Translations under genes and position numbers: made by a program
Notes under the pieces: generated by a model
What the model saw: the letters and a program-made list of their open reading frames with translations, nothing else
Databases searched by the model: none
Told to the model about the DNA's origin: nothing
Part shown: positions 48,765 to 59,130 of the stretch, one piece after another
Numbering within the stretch: position 1 is the stretch's first letter
Layout of the letters: the number at the start of each line of letters is the position of its first letter
DNA from: Paraspadella gotoi
Lineage: Eukaryota > Animalia > Chaetognatha
Direction: 5' to 3'
DNA length: 64,000 nt
Assembly (NCBI GenBank): GCA_051294375.1
Contig: CM119268.1
Span: forward strand, 4,537,454 to 4,601,453

Positions 48765-51010
48765 ATTCGCGATTCATTTTACTTCCTCTCAATCAATTTC
48801 CAGATCCCCACGAAAGAAGAGAATAAAAAAGAAAAAAAATTTAATTTCAACGTCTTTTGTTTGTAAGAGTTGATTGAAAGTGACATCTGGGGGAAGAAAT
48901 GTTCACTCGGGCGAGGTATTTGAAGAAACGCTTTTTAAGTAGATAAATTATGTGTAATTTTTACTATCATCGTGGGAAAAAAAGGTTACTTTAGTAAACA
49001 ATTCGATAAGAAAATGACCAATTCATTGTATAGAAATGTCCAAAGTCAGGGGCAAGATAGCTTATTTATTGAATGAATGGATAATATTTATATTGCTTGT
49101 ACCAATTTCATGAAAATATAACAATTAAAATTGATAATTTTGATAAAAAGTCCTGAAAACTGTGGTGCTCTAAAAACTGTAATGTGAAATAAGATGTAGG
49201 TTATTGTAAATAATTTTTTTTGTTATAAATTAAAGCTTAGCAAATAAAATGTGTTATAAATACGGGGAAATTAACTTCGTGTCGAGAAACAAAGAAAATT
49301 AATCACCAAAAGTAAAAAAATAAAAAACTATTTCAATGAAGAAAAAAAATTTGGTTCAGGAAATACAAAAAAAAACGTTAAAAAAGACTAACTATTGATT
49401 AGGACTAAGCTCTGACGGAAAAAGTCAGAGGTTTTTTTAATATATTCTTTGACCGGCCAATGTAGAATGATGGCAATATTGCTATTTTTAAGTTTCAAAA
49501 AATCCGACCATAAATATAGAAAATATTAACCAAATCTTCGGAAAAATCCACCCCTTCTTTGGAAGATTTTCGCCATATAAGATTTTTTCCGAATCTGACT
49601 CCCGGTTTGAAAACTCTTAGAATTCGATCGTTAGCTCCTCTTTTACTTTTACTTTAAATAAAAATTTCACCAAAATGGACTAATTCACTTTAACATGATC
49701 GTATCATATTAAATAACCAAATGAAATGTAAAGAAAAATTTTGAGAGCCTTCAGACATATTGCTATCGGATTCCTGAATTCGAAGTTTATTGTAAAATGA
49801 CAATATACCTTAAATGCGTTGACATTGTATTGAAGTTGAGAAATCCCTTTATTTTCATATATAAAATTGCGTCAAAAATATTTTCCCGAGCGGACCAGTT
49901 CATTTGAATCGAATGGTTCGATGTCAAAATGAATGGTTATTTGTCAAGAGAAAAAAAATGCGAGCCCTTCAGATGTAACAGGATCGGAATCGAGTGTTTT
50001 TACATCTGTTTTTTACCTGAATTTTTCCAGGGGCGTTGACATTATTGGTAGTCAGATTTTAACGAAAATCTCCATTGAAAAAAAGTCTTCCTCGATTTCT
50101 AAGAACGACGTAGACTCCTATATTGATGTATATCACACATCTCAATCTTTTTACATTATCATTAATTGTACAAATTTAATTATACTCACGAAAAAATTAA
50201 TTATTTTTGTCTTTTCGTTTAAAATCCCATGTCAAATTTTATTCTCTGAACTTTTCCTAATTTGGCTTAAGAATTTTGTTTAAAGTGAAATTATAACGAA
50301 CAGTAACGAAAAATAAAAANNNNNNNNNNAAGCCAAGAATCGACGCAACCCTAATGAAAAATGAAAAGAAAATGGCGACTCTTAGGAGAAAATGGGAAAG
50401 ATGCCATCAATTGCCATTGTTACCGCCAGTTGCCATCTTAGGCGAGAGACTAAGAGGCGGAACTGATTTGAGCGCCTGTCATCCAAAGCGAGAAACACAA
50501 AAACAAAGCAAACACGAAGAAATTAAAAGAAAGAAAAAAAAGAAGAAAAATGAAGGATGAAGAGAAGAAGGAAAAAAGGAAAGAAATAAAGGAGGCGAGG
50601 AAAGAAAAGGGAGGAAAGAATGGAGGAAGGAGATAGAACGAAGGAAAGAAATAAAGGAGACGATAAAAGAAAAGGGAAGAATTAGGAAGATGGAAAGCTC
50701 AAGAGAAAAAGAAGAAAACGGAGCAAGGAGAAGACAGAAGAAAATTTTAAGTGATACAATAATTCAGGAATAGCTTGCAGGATTAGGCTACTTTATTTAC
50801 CGCCCATTTTGTAAGAGGCCGGAAGCCACCTTAGTTTACATTATTTATTAAATGAAAAAAAAAAGATTATGTTGGATATATCAATTTTAGAAACACTGAC
50901 TCAGGATTTAACTTTTAAGGTTATTAATCTTCAATCACACTGTATAACTGAAAGTCTTAAAATATGACCCTACTCTTAATTCCGCGCGATATTAAGAAAT
51001 TTTAATTATA

Positions 51011-51465
51011 AACAAGAACGGTAATTCAAATGTGTTGCGCCGCAGTGACTGCCTTATCACGTATATTTCTTGTGTCATGACATGATATGATATGACTACA
51101 TGACTACATGACTATAACTTTCTTACCACATGTATTTATGACACGCACTGCTTTGGAATTACGTCTTTTATTCTTTATAGTTTTAGAATTTTTTCTGAAG
51201 GCGGCGCTAGCAGTCTCTTAGATTTGAGCAACAAACTATATGCAAGTTATGATCTGTATCTGTAATTATTTGTATTACCGCGGCCCATGGTCTTCGGACA
51301 AGCTTTCTGAAATAAAACAAATTACGAATTACAAATTACAAACATGAGCATTTTTAAAGTAAGTGGGACAGACCGACGGACAGACATACTGAGAGACCGA
51401 CTGACAGACCGCCCGAAAAGTGACTTATAGAGTTGCTCCGCGAGTACTCGCGACGCAACTAAAAA
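51011..51465 (-). mobile_element. DINE-1/HINE-like family B, near full length
   Basis: Both ends present: aacaagaacggtaattcaaatgtgttgcgccgcagtgact and cgcgagtactcgcgacgcaactaaaaa; subterminal IR gttgcg.cgc / gcggcgcaac; (gacc/gaca) tract. Confidence 0.75.
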
Positions 51466-52335
51466 TTAGCTTCTATTTTTTTACCCTCAGGAACGATGGC
51501 CGTATTTTTCTGCTCTCCCACGATTTTTTTGAGCCTTTGTTCAAAATTTGCCTCCTTATTTTTTCTCTCTTTCTCCAACAGAGGTCTTTGCATCGCGAAC
51601 TTGTTCACCTTTCCCGAAAAAAAAAACAAAGGACCAAAAAAGTATTTTATTGTTATAAAACTATGACGAACTAATCATTAAAATTATTATATATTACTTA
51701 TTTTTTATCCAATATTTGACTCTCTCTTCTCTCCTCTCCTCTCTCTTCTCTCTCTCTCTCTCTCTAACCTCAGCCATCATGATAGATTTTTCCAAATCCG
51801 AATCAATCAAAGGCTCTTCGCTTTTCTGATTAAAGAAAAACCAAAAAAAGTAAAAAATCAAATCGTGAACAAAAAATGACATTAATTAACTAAATAGAAC
51901 CGTTGATATCATTCCGTAATTATTAAAAATCCAAATCCGCTTAGATTAAAAGTAAATTTTGAATTCAAACACTCATGATTAATATTAAACTGATAAATTA
52001 ATTAATTAATTTATCTCACCCGCCGAGTTGAATGTTTTGAATTCCTAGATGCGAGTCTGCTCGTCGAAAGAGCCTGATCGGATGGGTTAGTAAATTTAGT
52101 TCAATTTTTGGTTCCTTGATTGCTTGGTTCGTTGGGTCATTGCGTGGTATATCGTTTGGAATTTTTAATTGATAAATATATCTCAGGATGAGGCGGAAAC
52201 AAGTCTGAAGATTACAATCTGAAACTCTTTTGCCAACCCCCGCTAGTAATGGAATCGGACTTAAAGTTAGGTTTTCCGACCCCAAATACGGATTGCTTGC
52301 TCGCTTGCTCCACCTTTGTTCCAGCATGGTAGGTA

Positions 52336-52647
52336 TCATGAGCCGTCGACCGACCTCATGAGCCTCCGTGTCACAAAGGCTGAACTTTGCCCCGGAGCGG
52401 CTCCCAACCGCCTTTCCCCGATTCTCACCCGCCTGGTTCCGTTCCTCAGCCTGCTTCTCTGCCTGTTCCTCTGCTTGTCCATCTTCTTCTCGATATGCAT
52501 AAGCATCATACTCCTCTCGCTCGTCACGCTTCGTCGCCGTCGAATGAAGACGACGACGCCGACGACGACCAAGACGACCACGACGATGGAGACGGTGACA
52601 ATGACGGCGACGAACCATGGCTCAAAGCTTTTCGAAGAGTCGTCCAT
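52336..52647 (-). CDS. Single-pass membrane protein ORF (103 aa from ATG 52647), or last exon of a larger type I membrane protein
   Basis: MDDSSKSFEP-WFVAVIVTVSIVVVVLVVVGVVVFI-RRRRS...: ~25-aa hydrophobic span followed by a basic stop-transfer cluster; GC-rich island; tttccaag before the ATG could be a splice acceptor. Confidence 0.55.
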   Translation of the reverse strand: MDDSSKSFEPWFVAVIVTVSIVVVVLVVVGVVVFIRRRRSVTSERSMMLMHIEKKMDKQRNRQRSRLRNGTRRVRIGERRLGAAPGQSSAFVTRRLMRSVDGS

Positions 52648-52660
52648 CTTGGAAAATTTG

Positions 52661-53048
52661 GCCTTATGTTCCAAGAATGCCCCATTTATTAGGTTATTTA
52701 GGTTTAAAAATTAGGTTAAAGGTTAGGGTTAGGATTAGGTTGCGTATTGGGGTTAGAGGTTAGTTTAGTCAGGTGAGGGATTAGGGTTAGAGACTAAGGT
52801 TTAGGTCTAAAGGTAAGGTTAGGGTTGTAGATTAAAGATTTGAGTTACAAATTAAGGTTATGGGTTAGGCAATAAATATTAAATATTAAAGTTATTAAAT
52901 ATAAAATATTATTATTATTATTATTAATATTATTATTATTAATATTATTATTAATATTATTATTATTATTATTATTATTAAAGATTAAAGTTTAATTTAA
53001 GATCGGGGATAAAGAATCAGAAACGGGGCGATCTGGGAAAAGAAAGCT
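52661..53048. mobile_element. MITE-like element with TIRs and degenerate (TTAGGG)-like interior plus (ATT)n
   Basis: Left gccttatgttccaagaatgccccattt, right agaaacggggcgatctgggaaaagaaagc; ttagggttaggattagg interior. Confidence 0.55.
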
Positions 53049-53364
53049 GAGTAATTTACCTCTTTTGTTATACTTAAAACGAAAGAAAAAATAAAGAAAC
53101 TGAAGGAAAAAAAGACGCAAAATGGCGGACGAAAAAAAAAGAAATAAATTGGAGGAGAAAAAAATCAGACGGAAATTTAAAATCTGTATGGATTCGAATT
53201 AATCGTGAAAAGTAGTGAAGAGGAAAAAAGGGACGACGGGACGACGGGACGAGTCCGGACTGGGGCGGTTGTCCGTACGTCCGTGCGAAAGTTAGTCTGT
53301 TATTCTACCATTTTGTAGTTTTAAAAAAAAGAGAGCTTTTCTTCGTTCAATTTGTTGCTTTAGA

Positions 53365-53740
53365 TTTTTAGTCGGATCTGCTTATTGGAAGATCCCGACT
53401 CTATAATTCACGTCCGTCCGTCCGTCCGTCCGTCCCACCTTAGCAAAAAACACCTATTACTCGTGATTTGATGGATGGATTGGAATGAAATTTTGTATGT
53501 GGTTAGGAAAGTGTCTGATTAAGCTGGAAATCAAGTTTCGAAGGAATCGTTTGAGTGGAAATGAGTTTAAATGGAAAAAACAAAAAACCTGTTTCACTAA
53601 TTGATTATGTTTCTTTTTCTTTTTATATTAAGATGTATAAATTAATCAAATAATTAATCAGTTAATTAATCAATTATTCAATTAATTAATCAATTATAAA
53701 TTAATCAATTATTAATTAATCAGTCAATTAATCAATCAAA
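53365..53740 (+). mobile_element. DINE-1/HINE-like family A copy
   Basis: T-rich start, agtcggatct...agatcccgact hairpin, (gtcc)n microsatellite; body shared with copies at 12.0-13.6 kb. Confidence 0.7.
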
Positions 53741-54253
53741 ACAAACATTTCGGAATTAATAAATAATTTGTTCATTAATTTAATGTTCTTAAAATCTTCT
53801 TAAAGCGGTTCTATTCGAAAGGCGTTAAAGTATATTTTTTTATTCTTCCAGATAAAAATGTGTTGAATTGTTTTCTTATAAATTTATTCACCTTCCTTGT
53901 ACAATTTTAATCAAAATAAAATCTAATTAATCATTTTACGTAGAGAATTTAAAAATAAAGCCTAGAATTAAAAGATAAAAAACATTTAAAAAAACCTTTT
54001 TTTTAACAAAATTGAATTCGATGATCTTTTGTTTTCTCGATCGACGATGAAAAGATTCGTCCAATTTTTTCGAAAAGATCGAAAAAGGGTTGAGTACCAG
54101 ATCGAAGGAGCCGGAGCCAACTGGAGCAATGAGTCGGAGGAGGAGAGGAGTGGCATAAGAGTAGCGGAAAAAAGTGGCTTGGGTGGAGCAGGATGCAAAG
54201 AAAGGAGCATAAACGGAGGCAAGTAAAACAAAATGAAAGAATAATAGAATGGC

Positions 54254-54520
54254 AACAAGAACGGTAATTCAAATGTGGCTGCCTTATCACGTGTATTTCT
54301 CGTGACATAACATAACATGACATGAGATGACTTGACATGACTAGATGACTACGAGTCTACAATAACTATCACGCACTGCATCATAATTTTGACTTTTATT
54401 CTTTACTGTCTTGACTATATGCAAGTTATGAGAATTTTTAACGTAAGTTGGACAGACAGACCGACAGACCGACCGACCGACCGAAAAGTTTCTCTGCGAG
54501 TACTCGCGGCGCAACTAAAA
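54254..54520 (-). mobile_element. DINE-1/HINE-like family B, internally deleted copy
   Basis: aacaagaacggtaattcaaatgtg ... gaccgaccga ... gcgagtactcgcggcgcaactaaaa. Confidence 0.7.
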
Positions 54521-54789
54521 AGATGTAGACAAAACATAATTGGAGATAAAGCAGAATAGAATATAATTTCTCAATATAATACTTTAAGAAGTGGGACTTA
54601 AAGACAATTGTAATAATTCAGAGAAAGATTTTTTCAATTACATTGATAAGAAAATCACAGTTCCACTTGTAATTGTCAAATTACAAAATGAAAATCTTGA
54701 TTGACAGCTTTTAGTGTCCTCCGATCTAATAATTTGGGTAGAGTCCTTTATTCACCATATCCTATCCAAAGACAGGGGCAAGATAGTTT

Positions 54790-55075
54790 CGGTCCGTCTG
54801 TCGGTCGATCTGTCTGTCTGTCGGTATGTCTGTCCGTCGCTCATTATTAAGACAGAGAAAAACCTCAAAATCTAAGGGACTGCTAGCACCGCCTGCAGGA
54901 AATCCTAAAACTATAAGATATTAAGGACGGAATTTCGATGCAAGTGCCATGTCAAATTACAAGGTCTCAGAAAGTTGTTTAGTCATAACATGTCATGTCA
55001 TATCAGGTGATCAGAGGAAATACACGTTTAAAATGAAGTCACAGCGGGCGAACATTTTGGAATCACCGTTCTGTT
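54790..55075 (+). mobile_element. DINE-1/HINE-like family B, 5'-truncated copy
   Basis: ctcaaaatctaagggactgctagcaccgcc..ggaaatcctaaaactataa ... ggaatcaccgttctgtt. Confidence 0.65.
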
Positions 55076-55125
55076 GGATAAAATGGATGAACTTATACTT
55101 GTTCGTACCGATTTTTCATTTGTAG

Positions 55126-57028
55126 TAAAACTGCGAGGCGAAGGCTTGTTGGAGGACGGCGCCATTGCTGAGGACAGTTAGACAAGGACAACGTTCAGTG
55201 AGGATAAGGACAAAGAAACGAACACAACAATGATTCCAGACGATCCATCTCGGAATTAGAAACAGACGATGCGACCGTGAAAAGATAAAAACAACAACAA
55301 CGACGAGACACTAAGCACCCAATCGGTTCGTCGTCCGAGATATCGCGACGTCTTTCGAAAGTCGCGTCCTTCGAAGACGCCCGCGGTGTGGCAGGGCGTC
55401 AGCAGCGGCAGAGCCGTCGCCAGCTGCGGAAGGCGACTCGTCAGCGAACTTGAATCAAAACTCGAACCTTCCCGGCGACAACAGGCCAAGAGGGACCCGT
55501 CCAAGCCGGACTTCGCCGGCAAGGGTAGCAACCCGGCGAGCTCCGGAAAGAGCTTGAACAAGCATAGCTCTCATACGCGAGGCACCTCCAGAAATAAGAT
55601 CTCCAGTCGCGTGACCAACAACTCGGGCTTCGACACGTCGGTCTCCGACGACGACGAACATGGTCACGAACCGGAGGTCAAACCGGGATTTATTGTTTTT
55701 TTTTAGTTGCTCAATAAGTCACTTTTCGATCGGTCGGTCTGTCGGTCGGTTGGTCAGTATGTCTGGCCCTCGGTCTGTCCCACTTAGGTTAAAAATGCTT
55801 ATAACTCGCCTATAGTTTTTTGCTCATTTGTTAAGACAGAAAAAAAAAACCTCAAATCTAAGGAACTGCTAGCGCCTCCTTCAGGAAATCCTAAAACTAT
55901 AAAGAATAAATGACGGAATTCCGATGCAGCGCGTGTCATAAATACACGGACGAAGAATACACTGCGTTTTTTTACATAATGTAAATGAAATAAAGAAAGT
56001 TTCTGCTTTTTAAGAGTAGATCTTGGGTTAGGGCTCGGGGTTAGGCTATTATGGATTACTGATTAAGTCTTAGGGTTATAGGACAAGGTTCGGGATTAGG
56101 GATGAAGATTAGGCATTATGGTGCGGGATAAAGATTAAATATTAGTTAAAAAAATCGTGGGGTTAAAATTAAGTTCATAGATTAGGAACAGAAATGAGTC
56201 GCTATCGAAAAAAAAAAATAGCGCCTAATATTTTAAAAAAACTTTAACAAATAAAAGGATGACGACGACGACGACGAGGACGACGACGAAAACGCGAGTT
56301 CGAATCGAGCGACGGGAAAAAAATCTTTCCTCGTCGTCTCCTTCTTCAACACGAATAAGAAGATAAAGAAGGAGGAGAAGAGGAACCAGAGTTTAAGGGG
56401 AGGAGGAGCGATGGGAGGAAGATCAGATAGAGGAGGAGGAGGAGGAGGAGGAGAGGAAGGCGTGAGAGGAACCATATCTTCGACGCCGATGAATTGGTCG
56501 TGGGCTCAACCTCATTCAGCTCAGGGCGGATATCAGCCTTACGGGCCGCAAGGAGGGTGAGTGGGAGGAGCGGAGGTGGCAGTGGCAGTGGAGTGGAGTG
56601 ACCCAGCGGCCCAATGGGAAAATAGGAAAAAAAAAAGTTTGTGAAATTTGATTAAGGATATATATTTATATTGTAATAAATAAGTAGCGTTTATTTTAAA
56701 AGTTTTAAAATTTAAAACCGACTATTAATTATTTTATAAAATCATTTAATTGAATTTGGTTAAAAAATGTCGAAGCGAGTTTTAATTTTCTTCTTCTTTT
56801 AAACTTCCTTTCATATTTTCCCTTCCAAGTTACGGGTTCCAAACGACAGCGCCCCCCGGGGCCTACGGCGCTGGTTACGGCTACAACGATCCCAACCAGC
56901 CGCTTCCAGGTCCGCCCCCGCCGCCGCCTCCCGGACCGCCGCCGCCGCCGCCGGAGCGGTTACCGCCGCAGCCCGACGCGCAAATCACGTCGGAAGGACA
57001 AAAACCCGTGAAACTTACCAGGAACGCG
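55126..57028 (+). CDS. Probable 5' coding exons of the SSUH2 homologue (low-complexity acidic, Gly/Tyr- and Pro-rich N-terminal extension)
   Basis: Candidate exons ~55126-55676 (with apparent indels), 56258-56556, 56830-57028; phases match at 55676/56258 (0) and 56556/56830 (2). Reads ...DDDEHGHEPE-DDDDDDE...MNWSWAQPHSAQGGYQPYGPQGG-YGFQTTAPPGAYGAGYGYNDPNQPLPGPPPPPPPGPPPPPPERLPPQP. Joining to 59131 needs a 1-nt correction or a hidden exon. Confidence 0.5.
55698..55950 (+). mobile_element. DINE-1/HINE-like family B, 3'-truncated intronic copy
   Basis: tttttagttgc..ataagtcacttttcg..(gtcg)..gtcccacttaggttaaaaatgc..ctcaaatctaaggaactgctagcgcc. Confidence 0.65.
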
Positions 57029-58300
57029 GTGAATGGGGGAGTCGGGAGGGGGGCGTAGCTTCCCTGTTATTGATTTATTTGGGGGGGGGTTAGATTCAGA
57101 AAAATAATTTGAAAAAATGATAAAAATTAAATCTTACTACGAATTGGTCAATTGTGGCGGTATATTCACACCGCCCCACGTCCACCATCGTTCCGCCAAT
57201 ACCATTGGCTCTGAGGGGGAACACACCATCCCATGCTTTGTATTCCATCCACATTCCATCCACATTCCTAACAACTTCCCTCTACATTGGCAAAGCGAAA
57301 CCGTCCTAGGGTAACCGCGCCTGCGACTGGAGGCCTCACTGAGGGTTGGACGCCCCCAAGGCTATAACGTGAATATGCCGCATCCCAATGGGCATCACGG
57401 CGACCCGGGTGCTCGCTAATTCAAACTAAATCCATTGGGAGCAGGAGGCAAGTCCATTCACCTCCCATCCCAAATGTCCCGCTTCTAGTCTGGTGACCCG
57501 CCATCGCAGTTAAGAAGTACCAAAGGCGAACTAATCCGCCTGTAACGCTGCAGCCTCAGAGACCTGCTTTATTCGAACGGGATTATCTCTTATTTAATAA
57601 CAGCCTTTTCATCAAATCTTTCTTCGAAAAGTGTTAATACGTGGGTTATTATTACAATCGAACTTTTGTTATTTCGGACCATCCGACTATTAGTGCGAAT
57701 ATGGTGGCAAACTGGGCTGAAAGACCTTCGCCTTTCGACTCTTAAAGGAAATATTCCAATTAAATCAATCGCGTAGGATGTATAGACGGCATCAAAGAGC
57801 GGAGATGGGACTCCCCGCCGCCGCCAAAAATAGCCGGATACGAAGGTTGCAAAAATACTTCGAACCCAACTCATGGTTAATATATAATTTATCCAAATGT
57901 TTTTAACTAATTATGCAGTCGAATTTACGTGAGGAGAATCTAAAATTTAGACTACACCTCCCTCCTTGCTCCTTTCTTCCTCCTCCTGTCTCTCCTTTCC
58001 TCCCTTCTCTTTCCTCCTCCTCCCTTCTCCTTTCATCTTTCTCCTTTCTCCCTCCTCCTTCTCCTTTCCTCCCTCCCTCCTTCTCCTTTCTCTTTCCTCC
58101 TTATCCTCCTCCCTCCCTTCTCCTTTCCTCTTTCTTCCTTTCCTCCTCCTCCTTCTCCTTTCCTCCCTCCTCTTTCTCTTTCTCTTTCTCCTTCCCTCCC
58201 TCCCTCCTCTCTTTCTCCTCTCCATTCCTCCTTTCCTCTTTCTCCTTTCCCTCCCTCCTCCTTCTCCTTTCCTCTNNNNNNNNNNNNNNNNNNNNNNNNN

Positions 58301-58720
58301 TAATCCGCCTGTAACGCTCAGCCTCAGAGACTGCTTTTATCGAACGGGATTATCTCTTATTTATAACAGCCTTTTCAATCAAATCTTTCTTCGAAAGTGT
58401 TAATCGTGGTTATTAATTACAATCGACCCTTTGTTATTGGACCACCGACTATTAGTGCGAATATGGTGCAAACTGGGCTGAAGACTTCGCCTTCGACTCT
58501 TAAGGAAATATCCAATTATCAATCCGTAGGATGTATACGACGGCATCAAAGAGGCGGAGATGGGACCTCCACCGCCGCCGGCCAAAATAGCCGGATACGA
58601 AGGTTCAAAAATATTCGACCCAACTCATGTTTAACTAATATTTATCCAAATGTTTTTAACTAATATTCAGTCGAATTTGACGGAGGAGAATCTAAATTTA
58701 GACTCACCTCCCTCCTTCTC
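58301..58720 (+). repeat. Direct duplicate of ~57532-57970 across a 25-N gap (likely assembly overfill)
   Basis: taatccgcctgtaacgct... through ...gaggagaatctaaatttagact occurs twice; the differences are mostly single-base indels. Confidence 0.85.
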
Positions 58721-59130
58721 CTTTCTTCCCTCCCTCCTTCTCCTTTCNNNNNNNNNNNNNNNNNNNNNNNNNNNNNNNNNNNNNNNNNNNNNNNNNNNNN
58801 NNNNNNNNNNNNNNNNNNNNNNNNNNNNNNNNNNNNNNNNNNNNNNNNNNNNNNNNNNNNNNNNNNNNNNNNNNNNNNNNNNNNNNNNNNNNNNNNNNNN
58901 NNNNNNNNNNNNNNNNNNNNNNNNNNNNNNNNNNNNNNNNNNNNNNNNNNNNNNNNNNNNNNNNNNNNNNNNNNNNNNNNNNNNNNNNNNNNNNNNNNNN
59001 NNNNNNNNNNNNNNNNNNNNNNNNNNNNNNNTCTCCTTTCCTCCCTCCCTCCTTCTCCTTTCCTCCCTCCCTCCTTCTCCTTTCCTCTTTCTCCTTTCCT
59101 CCCTCCCTCCTTCTCCTTTCCTCCCTCAAG

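Noticed and set aside
52700-52870. True telomere or chromosome-fusion scar
   Set aside because: Short, highly degenerate and enclosed by TIRs shared with other copies in the window.
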